From assembly GCA_045837725.1 (NCBI GenBank), contig JBEWZL010000077.1, positions 124,001 through 188,000 on the forward strand: 64,000 nucleotides of DNA, given 5' to 3'. This DNA comes from Vermamoeba vermiformis (Eukaryota). The notes beneath the pieces are model-generated. The model did no database searches. It saw only the letters and a list, made by a program, of their open reading frames with translations, and had not been told where the DNA came from. This document shows positions 13,445-27,100 of the stretch, in pieces; position 1 is the first letter of the stretch; every line of letters begins with the position of its first letter. A program made the translations under genes and the position numbers.

Positions 13445-14488
13445 ATGAGCACAAGCACAACTACCCAACATATTCCTATCACCAATATTATTAATCTTAT
13501 TGCAATCGCAGACGCCCTTGGAGGCGGCTTAGAAATGGAATCTGCCGAGTCCCTTGTCAGCACCGACTTGTCCAAGTTTCATGACCGCGGAGATGATCCT
13601 ACATTCAATACTGGATACAAACCAGGCATGATAACGGATGATACGTGGATGACACTCGGCTTGATGGACGCCGTAATGAAAGCAGGCACAAATCTGTCTT
13701 TCGAGAGCTTGCTTGCGTCGTATCAGGCTATGTACGATAAAGAAACCCAATTAATCACGTGGTCTAAAAAGGGCAAGTGGTGGGGAGGCATAGAACCAGT
13801 TTTGCAAGGACAGATAGATTTTACCTCGTGGCGATCGGATAAGCTAACAAATAGTGGCAAAAATCCTAGCAACGGCAGCGTGATGCGTGCACATATATTA
13901 GGATATTTGAAAGATGAAAATTTAATTGCGAAATTTGCTGAGCAAGACGCAACATTTTCACATCCCCATCCCGTGTCAGTGGACTGCTCGCGTATCCTCG
14001 CTTTATTAGTCCATCAATTAGCTTACAAACAATTGCCTGTACAAGAAGTTATTCAAAAAGCTGTTCAATTAGCAAAAGATGCGAGAGTCAAAGCGTATTT
14101 CGCGAGATTAGACAGCCTTCCCTTCATCAAAGCTCCTGTTGAAGCGACAAAGCTTGTTTGCGTCGAAGATAACCATGATGGTACTGAAGCCTACGCTTTA
14201 AAGAAAGGTACGGGAGTTCCGTGTAACGCGCTACTCACCCTTGGCGCGGCTCTGTACATCGCTAAGCACGTTGTCGGAATTCTTCCAGCAATGCAATTTG
14301 CGATTAGAATGGGCGGAGATGTAGACAGCACTGCAGTAGTCGTTACGTCTCTCACCGCCGCAGCTCAGGCGACTCACAAGTTGGATGTGAGCGAAGATCC
14401 AGTGCTCGCAAGCCTACAAACAAAATTGCTATTTAAAGAGGCGCTCGGAGAAATCGCGAGCAAATTTGAATCGTTCATTAACGGCTAA
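13445..14488 (+). CDS. ADP-ribosylglycohydrolase (ARH/DraG family)
   Basis: Intronless 347-aa ORF with the family motifs IADALG, TDDT, SNGSVMR, SHPHP and GGDVDSTA. Confidence 0.9.
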   Translation: MSTSTTTQHIPITNIINLIAIADALGGGLEMESAESLVSTDLSKFHDRGDDPTFNTGYKPGMITDDTWMTLGLMDAVMKAGTNLSFESLLASYQAMYDKETQLITWSKKGKWWGGIEPVLQGQIDFTSWRSDKLTNSGKNPSNGSVMRAHILGYLKDENLIAKFAEQDATFSHPHPVSVDCSRILALLVHQLAYKQLPVQEVIQKAVQLAKDARVKAYFARLDSLPFIKAPVEATKLVCVEDNHDGTEAYALKKGTGVPCNALLTLGAALYIAKHVVGILPAMQFAIRMGGDVDSTAVVVTSLTAAAQATHKLDVSEDPVLASLQTKLLFKEALGEIASKFESFING

Positions 14489-15083
14489 TAACACGAGGTG
14501 TTTTGTTAGGGCGCCAAAATAAATAAAATTGTACAGCATTTTTTTTGTAACTGTTTACGAGTGAACACCTCACTACGGAACCCTTTAATAAAACTTATTC
14601 GCCATGCAATGATAACACAACTTGGGATATTGTGAGCCGTGTATTCGAATACAGACGCACGCCGATCGAGTTTGGTACTTTGGTCTTTTGCAATTGTCAA
14701 GGTAGGCCAAAAACAAGAATTAAATCGATATATAAATAAAGCGTTCGCCATGCGGAACGTAAGGTATATAAATTCTAGCGCTAGAATCACATTTAAAATT
14801 TTTTGTAACGGATCCTTTTATTTAAGCTCAAACCTTCGGATTCTCGGTGGAATGGAGTGGAATAATATTATTATATTTGGTATACTTTCAATCTTTCGTT
14901 CAGCAGTGATTCGAATTTCACGGATGTGACAAGACGTCATGCCTCTTTTGGGATCGGAAAACACGCCCTGTCTTGCAATTCTTCTTTTTTGAGTTCCAAA
15001 ACGTAATCATCAACCACATATAATTGGGTTGGTCCTTTCTTCGAACCCGCTGTAGATTGCCGTCGTCGCATTTCAAATCCGCT

Positions 15084-18000
15084 ATGGCAACGCATCGGTT
15101 CATGAACAGTCGAGGGTTATTAGCCTTGCTTATTGTCCTCTGCATTGCCAACCAATATTCAACCCTCCAAATCAGCCAGCCTGCATCGTGGCGCACTTTG
15201 ACTTCGATAACAGCAGATGATGGAAACACTTACTACCTGTATAAACCGCGCTGCCCCGGTAAGCTTCTTACTTCTCAATGATATTATTTAATCATTCGAC
15301 TTTATAATTATAAACGTTTCTTTCAAATTAGTGCGGTATTTGTTTCAGTCAGTCGGATGCAGCAAACTGTCATACCGGCGTACATACACTTATTTATTAG
15401 TATCAATGGGCTGCATCATGTAATATAGCACGGCGCCGATGAAATATGAATTGTTGATTATTTTTGCCTTGTTGCCGTTGCTTTTTCTGAAGATGCATCC
15501 TGTCACAACGTTTGTCCCACCTTCCTTACTAACTCTGTTGTTGCAGCTTTATATAGATTTGGAGATGTATTTGTAACTTATCAAAGCGACGCTCCTCCTG
15601 CAGGTCTACTTGCGTGCGTGCTACCCGGATCGGAAGCCACAGAAGCGAATTCGTATAATTTCGAAGATAGCACGCTGGGAGCATCAATTTTTGACCTCTA
15701 TTTAGATAGTAAGCTTTGGATATTTTACAGTTATTTTTAGTCTTGCGTCTAAACTTGCTGCAGATTCGTCGCTTGCAAATTCCCGAACGCTTGGGCACGC
15801 CTCGATGGAAACAAATATTTATCAAGAGACTTTCCAAGGAGTAGCTAGTGGTCCTATTATGTCCAATTCAACACTTACAAGATACGCAGTTTTAACATCC
15901 GATCCTTGCAACATGGACTTGCTTCCTAAAGTAGGTGCTATTTAATCTTGATAATATAGATCGTTACTAATTTAAATAAGTGCGATACATGGAGCACTTT
16001 TACAGTGACCGTAAACACGACGTATATCGGGGGTTATTTTAACGAGACCGCGCCAGACAATTCTACGATCCAAGTACCTATAGAAATGACAAATACGACG
16101 ATCTACAAATATGTGTTCTGGAATCCCATGCAAAAGATGTATACAATGGGCTCAGATTTCATGTTGTTGATCCAATACGTGGGCACCGAAGATATGCCTG
16201 TTGCATTTACGCCGTATTGCTTTACTGACGCTTGTAAGTACTGCACAATTCTCTTCCATGCACGTCAATACTGACATACAGCGAGTACAACTCACCTAGA
16301 TAGAAATCTTAACGCTTTGTCTAATTTTACCTTTGCATCCGACAAAGAACGGAAAAATTCTTAAAGATTCTAGTGCCAAATCCGAATAGATTCTCATTTC
16401 AATTCGTTTTAGGCGTGTGTCCGACTTGCAGTACGACTCACGGCAAGTGTGAGGCCCGAGGAGGGTGCATATGCACTGATCCACAATGGACCGGAGTTAA
16501 TTGCGACGAAGATGTCGATGAGTGCGCGTCAAATAATACGAACAATTGCGCAACTATTGCGACTTGCGTAAACCAATCACCCGGTTACACCTGCGGTAAG
16601 TCGAGTCTAATTTAAAGCAGTTTTATGTAAAGTTAGTGAAATTTGAAAGCTAGCTAAATTTACAAAGAATTATATTATTATGATACCAAGCGGTCCCCAT
16701 GGACGCGTACTGTCAAATACACAACTTTCGTGTTGTGTATGACAAGATGACATCTGTCAGTTTAGGTCCATTTCGAGACTTTTATTATTTTAATTTACGA
16801 CCGTTTAACAAGACTAAAATCGACACTTTACTTTATTCTAGTTTGATTTATTACGTATTAATATGTTTTGTAGTTTGTCCGAACGGTTATAACACTACCG
16901 ATGCTGGCCGAACATGCACCGACTTCGACGAGTGTGTTGCCCAGCCTTGCAAGTCCAAAAATCAGAATTGTACCAATATACCTGGATCTTATGTGTGCAC
17001 CAATTGCATCACGGGGTATATCGACATCGGAAATAACGGTACTTGTTTTTGTAAGTAGATCGACTTGCGAGCCACTTTTTAGAGACTTAACCCTTCAATA
17101 GCTGCTGCTGATATCTACCGTTGCGGCAATAACGTTTTGGACCTCTCAAACAACGAACAATGCGACGGTGGAAGCGGATGTCTGTCGAATTGCAAGTGCG
17201 ACATTGGATTCAGCCCTCAAAATTCTACGTCATGCTCCAAAAGTATGTAACGCGATGAAAGTGTTTCTACGTGCATAGATTAATTATTTATAAATAAGAC
17301 TGTGGTAACGGACAGCTGGATGTCGGCGAGGAATGCGATGGCGGCATTGGCTGTATTAACAGCACGTGTGTCTGCAATGCCAATCTTGGATATGTAACTT
17401 CCGGTTCACTAGACTGCAAGCGAGGTACGGTCGTCAATTTGACGTCGCCATTGCTTGCACGAGCTAATTATGTGTTTAGAGCTGGTACCGGCAGATCCTT
17501 GCTTAACTCAGAGCGGAAATTGCACAGAATGCACTGCAGCATATTGTTTCTACTGTCCAACCGATGGCACATGCTCCACAAATCGTATTTACACGAGTTG
17601 TGTTGGTACGTTGTGATTTTGTTACAATGTGTGACACGAAGTTCTAACGACTAATTCTCAGCTGAGTGCCCTAGTGATGTGGTCGTTGTGCCTATAGCAC
17701 CTGTAGCCTTTCAACCTGAGGCCCCCATGACCCCTGTCGATAACGGTACTGGCATTGTTGGTCCTAATTCTGGCGGTGACATCGTAGATCCGAGTGCAGA
17801 TGCGAGCGTTATCGTGCCTGCTGTAGTCGTGCCAGTGACCGTAGTTATTGCTGGTGTGATCTTGTTGGTCTTCTTGTTGAAAAGAAGAAAGAAGAAGCAA
17901 CGTTTGAGCGATCAAGAAATCCGTTTGTCCGCCTCTTCGCGCACATCTGCGAACAGCTCGCGATCCAAGTACGGAATCGACCGAACGGAAATCATGACTA

Positions 18001-19851
18001 CGCCGACGAAAAACTGGGTACCTCCTCCTCAATCAGAGTAAGCGCTTCAACTCTTGATAATTAGTAATCCATACTAAAGCCATTTTTAGATTCGTTTTGA
18101 TCAACAAGTTGCCTTTCGATGTTTCAAAGCGAGTTGATTTCAACGTCGGTGGCAATCAATACAAGGTTGGACAACGCTACAGTGAAGTCATTATTGTTAG
18201 TGCCAAGGACAAGGTAGATTTACTTAAGATTACGAAATCACAAAAATTAATTTTGTCGCCCATCGATTGAATGTTTATAATCTCGTCGTAATTCGATCGT
18301 GATTGTGATTGCAGTTGTGACAGCGATTAACTAATTAATTACTTTAGAAAACCTCTACACTTGGTGGTGCCATTCAATTTGAATTCCATCCGCCATCTAC
18401 TCCAAAAGCCACGCTCGAATTCAACCCGCCCTCGGGTATTATTAAAAAGGTAAAGTCAAATATGACCATTCTAATACTTGGCGTGCACCGGAGTTAATAT
18501 TTTGTGCTTATCAGGGCAAGCCTGTCGAAATTGAAGTGTCGCTCACTGTCAACATGACGTGCACGATAGATCTCGAGTACGGCATTGAATGCCCTTCAGA
18601 GCGCATGCACACCTTTGCTTCTGTCAATGTGGTCTCTGAATTGTCTTCATTTATCGATATTGAAGAAGTACAATTGTCTGGTGGTGCGTCCGCTAAGCCA
18701 GTCGGTGATGGTGCTTTCGGTGTGGTCTACAAAGGAAAGGTACGCACAAATCTTTACCGTATGCGAGACCCTTAATCTGATGGTCGTTGTGTATTAGTAC
18801 CGTGGCCAAGATGTCGCCGTAAAGATGTTGAAGGTCCAAGACATGCCTGAAGAGATGATGTTGGATGAGTTCGATCGTGAAGTTGATCTCATGAACAAGT
18901 TGCGACACAAGAATATCGGTAAGCACATGAGCTATTAATACTTAGCGTAAAGCCTCCCCTATGAAGCACGACTAACATTTTTATGACAGTTCAATTCGTT
19001 GGTGCCTCGAAAGTTGTTGGAAAGTTTGCTCTCATCACTGAGTTCATTGAACGAGGCAATTTGGCGGATGTAAGTGTTCATGTGCAATAGTACTTGTTTG
19101 CAAAAAGACTGACTTAATACTCGATTAGATGGTCTTCAAACACACCAACAAACCTATCGATTACGGATTCAAACTCAAATCGGCACTTGATACCGCACGT
19201 GCTATGTTGTTTTTGCACGAAAACAGAGTACTCCATCGTGATCTTAAACTCGACAACTTATTAGTACGTTCCCTAGCTGTTACTTAGCAACAAGGTTTCT
19301 AATCCAGATCGCAGGTTGTTTCAGTTCTTCCCGATGATCCAGTATGTGTGAAACTAACCGATTTTGGCTCATCAAGAGCAGTATCGGAGAAAATCCAAAA
19401 TTCTTATACTTGTAAGTATTATCGAATTCAATTTTCCGACTATTGTTCGGTTCGTGATCCGTTTTACTAACTAAGAACATAATTAGCGGGCATTGGCACG
19501 CCAATATATATGGCACCCGAAATCCTCACAAAGAGGCCATACGATACCAAATCGGATGTATATAGCTTTGGTGTTATGTTGTGGATCCTTTACACGCAGA
19601 AACAACCCTACACCAATTTTGATCACAGCTGGGACGTGGCTCAATTTGTTATTGAAGGAAACAGAGAAAAAATTCCGAGCAATTGCCCTCCAGATTATAG
19701 AACGCTGATTGAACTTTGCTGGTCCCAAGATCCAACCGAACGACCAACGTTCCATTACATTGTCGAGCATTTAGAAAAGATGTTCGAAACTAATCGAGCG
19801 ACAATGCCAGCTCAATCCAACTCGAAGCGAAAATCAACCTTCCTTGTTTAA
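15084..19851 (+). CDS. Single-pass receptor kinase K1 (TKL-like); EGF/Cys-rich ectodomain, cytoplasmic Ig/MSP-like domain
   Basis: Signal peptide, Ca-EGF repeats (DVDEC, DFDEC), CGNxxLDxxExCDGGxGC repeats, PSI-like Cys cluster, TM VIVPAVVVPVTVVIAGVILLVFLL-KRRKKK. Kinase motifs GDGAFGVVYKG, VAVK, HRDLKLDNLL, KLTDFG, GTPIYMAPE. Confidence 0.9.
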
Positions 19852-20120
19852 TACGCCATCCAAAACCGGAACTCAATTTTGAATCAACAAAGAAATATTA
19901 GCGACAATTTGTAGATTACCTTGTTTGAAAATAATGTAATAAATAGTAAGTAGTTATATAGACAACTAAGAATACTGATAAACAATTTTTAACTCAGGAA
20001 ATCTAAAATTGGCACGTGTCAAACGTTGACGGGATTTAAACCTCGGGCTCAATGGCGAATTTTTTTACTTTTTATTTTTTCATAGCGATAACACGTTTGC
20101 AAGTCTAGTTGACAGTCGAA

Positions 20121-23100
20121 ATGCAACTTTACTGGCTCATCTTCTTGCTCGGCGCGTTGTTGCCAACGGCTTCCTCGCTTAGATTGTACAATGCAACTGA
20201 GTGGCGAGCAACTGGTTCATTTATAGCAACCTCGGGAACTACTTACAACGTCTACAAGCCTGTATGTCCAGGTAAGCTTGAAGAAAATCATTGTTCAATT
20301 TAAATTTCGGAGTTAATCCAGACGTCAACCCTCTTACTTGCTCTATTACCTCAAGTTTGTAAATCATATTTTTACATATGTTTGGGAATATTTCACGTTT
20401 CGGCAATTACGGAGTAAAGTATTGAAATTACATGACAGATCTTCTAATTGAATCAATTTTAGGACGTTACCGAATAGGTGACGTAGTAATTAGCTCCGAT
20501 ACAAACGTAGATAGCAGCGTAATTGCTAGAGCGCTAGTATGCGTGGGTGGAGACAGCAGCGAGATTGTTGAAGCCCCAAGCTACGGAGCAGTAAAAACTG
20601 CCGGAACTGCCGCCTTCTTCAGAGAGTTTAAATCAGTCGACGGTGGAAGTAAGTATATTCGACTAAATTGAAGGGTCATTTTAACGTTTTTCTCTCAGAC
20701 ATTACGCTCGTTCTGGGATCGGTCTCCTTGCCACTGTCAACTTGGTTAGTACTGCAACCGCAGTCTAGTGGTTCTACTACTGAAGATGACGGCTTACGAG
20801 GTTACGGAGTAATCACAAGCACTACATGTAAAATTGTGGTACGTAGATGTCGCATCTCCTTCCTGACGGATGCAATTTACTAATTAGTCAATAGAATTGT
20901 GGAGGCATTTCACTTTCTTATACTGATGTGAATGGTGTTATCTACTACAAGCTCTATGACGCGTTATCTTTGGTTAATACAAGTTCCTACGGCTATTTCC
21001 TACCTTTATTCCGCTTCGCTGGCGAATCGGGTGCCGATTACCTCAATCCCAAGTGTTTGACTCCCCAATGTAAGTAATTTGGAGTACATGACGCTTTGAC
21101 AGACCTAACCTGTTCTTCGTAAGGTTTCTGCGAATCTACTTGCGTGAACGGTTTCTGTAATCCATCCACCGGAGGCTGTGTTTGTTCCCCTGGCTGGCAA
21201 GGCACGACTTGCACTGAAGACATCAACGAATGCGACGTTGGTATTGCACAATGCGATGCTGTCGGTACATGCTTCAACACGGCTCCTGGTTACTACTGCA
21301 GTAAGTACCGACAGGCTCTGTGAGACTAGTATAGGCGTTATTAACATGTATTCAGCGTGCCCTAGTGGATATACATTGAACTCTAATGGCTACACTTGCG
21401 ATGGTAAGTCAAATGAATGTCGCATATATACATCGGGCTAACTATCTGCAGACATTAACGAATGTTTGAACGCGACTATTTGCACGAACGGTGACGTATG
21501 CACCAACTATCCGGGTGGTTACCAGTGCAACAACTGTACCCAAGGAAAAATTTTGGTTAACGGTGTCTGCCAAGGTAAGGATGTGTTTTCAAGGGATAAA
21601 CACTGTGCTAACAATTGCACTACAGATGTTGCTGCTGTGTACGCGTGTGGTAACGGAGTCTTGGATAGTGGAGAACAGTGCGACAGAGGCTTGGGCTGCA
21701 ATATCAACTGCACTTGCTCGGCGGGCTTTACTCCAAAAAATGCCACTGACTGCTCTAGAGGCAAGTACTGCTAGTTCATTATCCGACACATAAGCTTACC
21801 TTGGACCAGACTGTGGCAACGGTGTTCTTAACGCGGGCGAGGAGTGCGATTCAGGAATGGGATGTCTTGGCACGTGCCTCTGCGACGCCAATCAGGGCTA
21901 TCAACCAGCGAACTCGACGAGCTGTCAAGCAGGTACGGAATTCAGCTAGTGCCAGCTAATCAGTACTAACGGTTTGTAGTGTATATTGAGACGGACCCTT
22001 GTGCTAGATTCAACGGAAACTGCTCCGATTGTTTGGCCTTCAATTGCCTGTACTGTAACTCTACCAACACTTGCGCGACGAACAGAATATCTAGCGACTG
22101 CCTCGGTAAGCACGGCGCATCATGATCACAATCCCCTCGTGTACTGACGCCATTCAGATCAATGTCCTGGATTCAATGATAACGTGATTGTTCCTCCTGA
22201 TGCGTCCGCACCGCTGAGTGCCGTTGATGCCAATGCTGCCATGATACAAACTGTGGTCCCTGCTGTAGTTCTTAGCGTTGCAGGTGCGGTAGCTGGTGTC
22301 GTCGTGCTGGTCGTGCTGCTGAAGCGGCGCGAAAAGAAGAAGGCCAAGGCTCAGACCGTGCGAATGAGCCTTCAACGAAGCAACTCTCGAAGAATGACAC
22401 GCAACCAATCCAAGTACGGAATTGAGCGTAACACGATCAACAGTTCGCCTGACAGGATTTGGGAGCCTCCCGCTGATTATGAGTTCGAAGAGGTCGTTAA
22501 GATGCCATTCGACATGTCAAAGAAGATCGACTTCAATGTTGGCAGCAATCAGTTCAAGGTTGGCCAACAGTACACTGACATCATCACGATCACTGCAAAG
22601 GATAAGGTAAGACATTCGACGCCTGTACAACGTTAGCTAACCTTGCCTTGCAACAGAAATCAGCCACAGCAGCAGGAGTTCCGTTCGCGTTCCATCCGCC
22701 CACAACAAAGAAACTCAAAATGGTCTTCAACCCCGCATCAGGCATCGTGAAGAAAGGCAAACCAGTTGAAGTTGAAGTGACAATGACAATGCAAATGACA
22801 ACTGAGATCGATGTTGACATTGGTGTGGAGTGCTCGTCAGAGAAGAAACACTCGTTCATCACACTTCATTTGATGAGTGAACTGTCATCGTTCATTGATC
22901 TCGATGAAGTGGTGCTCGAAGGAGGATCAGGAGCGAAACCAGTTGGAGATGGCGCCTTCGGTGTTGTGTACAAGGGAACAGTAAGTTGGAGAATGAGTCA
23001 CGTCGTGCTGCTAATCTAATGTGCTTGTAGTATCGAGGTCAAGATGTTGCAGTGAAAATGTTGAAGATGCAAGACATGCCTGAAGAGATGTTGGATGAGT

Positions 23101-24028
23101 TCGATCGAGAAGTCGATCTCATGAACAAGTTGCGACACAAGAATATTGGTACGGAAATATTGTTCGTGCGTGTCGTATCTCGTACTTACTCTTTTGCATA
23201 GTTCAATTCATTGGTGCATCAAAAGTCGTTGGTCGCTTTGCTTTGATCACGGAATTTATCGACAAAGGCAATGTCGCCAATGTAAGTGACTTGGCATTCT
23301 CATATCGCGCACTTGTACTGACTTTTTTTTAGATAATTCTCAATGCCAACAAGACCTTGAGTTATGCCTTTAAACTTCGCGTTGCACTTGATGCAGCACG
23401 TGCAATGTTCTTCTTGCACGAGAACAAGATTCTCCATCGTGATTTGAAGCTCGATAACCTCTTGGTAAGTGACACTTCAACCTTATAGTTGACACTTTGT
23501 TTGACACGTGTCATTTTTTTTAGTGCGTGTCAACCAATCCTGATGACCCTGTTGTCGCCAAGCTGACCGACTTTGGAACATCACGAGCTGTCTCGGAAAA
23601 AATGTCAAACTCTTACACTGGTAAGTAGGAAGCATAGCTACTTCGTCTTCCCTGTACTGACCAATCGTTTCTTAGTCGGCGTCGGTACTCCGATGTACAT
23701 GTCACCTGAGATTCTTGCCAAGAAGCCATATGACACCAAATCAGATGTGTTCAGTTACGGTGTCATGTTGTGGATTCTGTACTGCCAGAAAGAGCCCTAC
23801 AAGAACATCGAACACAGTTGGGAGATTGCACGCTTCGTGATGGAAGGTAACCGTGAGAAGATTCCAAAGGACTGCCCTCCAGAGTTCAAAGAGCTGATTG
23901 AACAGTGCTGGGCACAAGAACCGAGTGAACGACCTGAGTTCGAACAGATCGTCACTCGACTCGAGCAGATGGCGCAGAATAATGATGAGCCTATTAGTGT
24001 TCCTACTCCCCGTTCTAAGAAGAAATAG
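20121..24028 (+). CDS. Receptor kinase K2 (paralog of K1)
   Basis: Signal MQLYWLIFLLGALLPTASS. Same architecture as K1, TM at ~22250-22320, all kinase subdomain motifs present, stop at 24028. Confidence 0.9.
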
Positions 24029-24196
24029 ACTAGCTTACTTAATGATCTATTTTTGAATGTAAAATAAAAAAGTAATTACTTAACGTTTCATAATTATTCC
24101 GAACAAAATATGTCCTTTTTTGGTCAGTGTCACATTATTGATCGGTTCCGAAATCTGTTTTGATTCAACTCTAACTTGAGCAACACGGCTCGCAAC

Positions 24197-27100
24197 ATGA
24201 ATAAGCTCCTGCTGATATGTGTCGTGGCAATTTTGCTGTGCAGCACGGATGCACTCTTTTTATATAACACAACCGAATGGAAGCCTCTTACTTCTTTCAG
24301 TGCTTCTAATGGTCAGCTTTATTCTATTTATAAACCAGTATGCACCGGTAAGCATGATTTTCGTATCTTTTACGTAGCAATTTTACGATTTGCAATGCAT
24401 ATCTTGAACAAGTAATAGAGTTTATAAGACGTCATTAGACTCAACCTAATCAAATTTATTAATTATTTTTTATGCCTTCTTTTCTGAACATAATTTCAGT
24501 TTTGGTGAACCGTTGCGGCAAGATCCTTATTACTAATTACAGTAAATCGTATTAATCCATTAAATATAGGGCGATTTAAATTAGGCGATTTAATCGTGCC
24601 TAATACTCTGAATCTGACCCAGTTGCCAAGCTATTTAGTTTGTGCGGACGGAGATAGCAACGAGATTACTGAAGCCTCAAACGCCAAATTTGTGCAAGTT
24701 GGTACTGCCGCATTTTTTAATGAATATCAGCTCCGAAACGGTGGTGCGTAATTACGATGTTAATGTTACCTAAAATTGTAAAGCGAGATATTAATGAAAT
24801 TTCAGTACCTTACAAAGTCACCGGCGTCGTAGGCATAGACAAGACATTTTGGAATGCAAAAAGAACTTTCAGGGAACTACTAGCGGATGGACTGATTTGC
24901 GTGGTTACGGAGCTCTGATCCATCCGAATTGCAAACTAGCGGTAAGCGGAATCTTCAAGGCCATCACTTGCTAACCTTCTTTAAATAGCCTTGCACGGGT
25001 ACTACCGTCACACCTTCTACAGGTCCATCTGTCTGGATGCGCTTATTTGATGCACTCAGCGCTCTGAATGTACCGGGAGGTCTGTGGGCACCACTATTTG
25101 GAGTTGCAGGAGATGATACCGGGATGCAACCCAACTGTTTAACGCTTGATTGTAAGTGTTGACGATTCGCTTCTGCAGGGCTAATCAGACTCATTAGGCA
25201 TCTGTCCAAACTGCCTTCACGGCACGTGCAATCCACTCACTTCGAAGTGCACGTGTGACCCTGAGTGGCGTGGAACGAACTGCGACACTGACGTGGATGA
25301 GTGCGAACGACACACTGACAACTGTGATCCTATTGCCACATGTATCAATCAGGTACCTGGCTATTCATGTGGTACGTAATATCAATACTTGCGAGACAGT
25401 TTTCGCACCGGCTTACAATTCTTTAGAGTGTCCTTTTGGCTACAACACAACTGACGGCGGTGTGACGTGCAACGGTAAGTCATCTTGTGTGACGTCCAAC
25501 TTGTCTAATAGAAGCTAGACATCGATGAGTGCAGCTACGCTAATGCATGTCCTGGTCAAGTTTGTGTGAATTTCGCAGGAGGATTTCAATGTAACAATTG
25601 CAGCGGAGGTCAAGTCCTCGTCAATGGCTCTTGCGTTGGTTCGTAAAAGTGTTTGTGATCTGACCGAAACTAATTGCTCGAAGATGTCACTCAGGTGTAC
25701 CAGTGCGGAAATGGTGTGTTAAATACAAACGAAGAATGTGACCGAGGTATTGGATGCGCTGCGAACTGTACTTGCAACCCTGGATTCACGTCACAGAATT
25801 CTACCGATTGCACGCCAGGTACGCAACCGCTGTAATCGAGCTATTATCTTGACTAACAATGATCAGATTGTGGCAATGGGGTACTGGATGACGGTGAGGA
25901 GTGTGACGGCGGACTGGGTTGTTTGAGCGCCTGTGTTTGCGACGCTGGTTTTTACGGCCAGAACTCAACCTCGTGTGCTTCAGGTTAGTAGTCAAAGAGC
26001 GATTTATTGTATAGGGCTGACATAGGCTTTAACAGAGGAGTACATCGAAACCGATCCATGTGCTAGATTTTCATCAAGCTGCTCAGACTGTCTTGCGTTC
26101 AGCTGTCTGTATTGCCGAACTACTGAAAGTTGTGCATCAAGCAGAGTCAATAGCGATTGCCTTGGTAAGTCGCGATCTCTAAGTCCGATCAAAGAGCTAA
26201 TTGTACGTTAGACACGTGCCCGTCTGCAGCGAACACCACTGTCGTTGATCCAATGACACCTGCTTCAGATAGCATAGTAACCAATGAGCAAGCAGATTCT
26301 ATGGTTCGAACTGTTGTTCCTGCTGTCGTCGTGAGTGTTTCAGTAGTCGTTGCAGGCGTTGTAGTGCTGGTAATGTTGTTGAAACGACGTGACAGGAAAA
26401 AGAGAAAAGCCGTGCAAACTACGGTGAATTTGTCAAGAATGAATTCTCGTCGACGCAGCGCGAACAATACTTCCAAGTACGGAATTGAAAGAAATATGAT
26501 CAATAGCAATCCGGACAAGAACTGGGAACCTCCAGCTGATTCTGAGTAAGTATTGGGCCGCACGATAAAACCAGACCTAACGCTCAAACAGGCTTATCAC
26601 TGCTGACGAACTTCCCTTTGAGTTGTCGAAGGCGATCGATTTCAATACTGGAAGCAATCAGTTCAAGGTTGGTCAACAATACGCCGACACAATTGTCTTT
26701 TCGTTGAAGGAAAAGGTACGCTGCAATTAATTGCACTGGTTACGTCAACTTGACTTACCATGATTTCAGAAATCATCAACGTCTTCGAGCATGCCGTTTG
26801 AGTTCCGTCCACCGACAAGCAAGAAAGTGACAATAGGGTTCAATCCACCCTCAGGTGTCGTGAAGAAAGGCAAACCAGTTGAAGTTGAAGTGACAATGAC
26901 AATGCAAATGACAACTGAGATCGATGTTGACATTGGTGTGGAGTGCTCGTCGGAGAAGAAACACTCGTTCATCACACTTCATTTGATGAGTGAACTGTCA
27001 TCGTTCATTGATCTCGATGAAGTGGTGCTCGAAGGAGGATCAGGAGCGAAACCAGTCGGTGATGGAGCATTCGGTGTTGTGTACAAGGGAACAGTAAGTT

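Noticed and set aside
15529-15837. Minus-strand 102-aa ORF suggesting an inverted exon in K1
   Set aside because: The plus strand gives the expected exon (LYRFGDVFV...LLACV) with proper splice sites.
16727-16765. Imperfect hairpin (tgtca..tacacaac/gttgtgtatgaca) in a long K1 intron
   Set aside because: Single occurrence, with no convincing snoRNA boxes or TSD.
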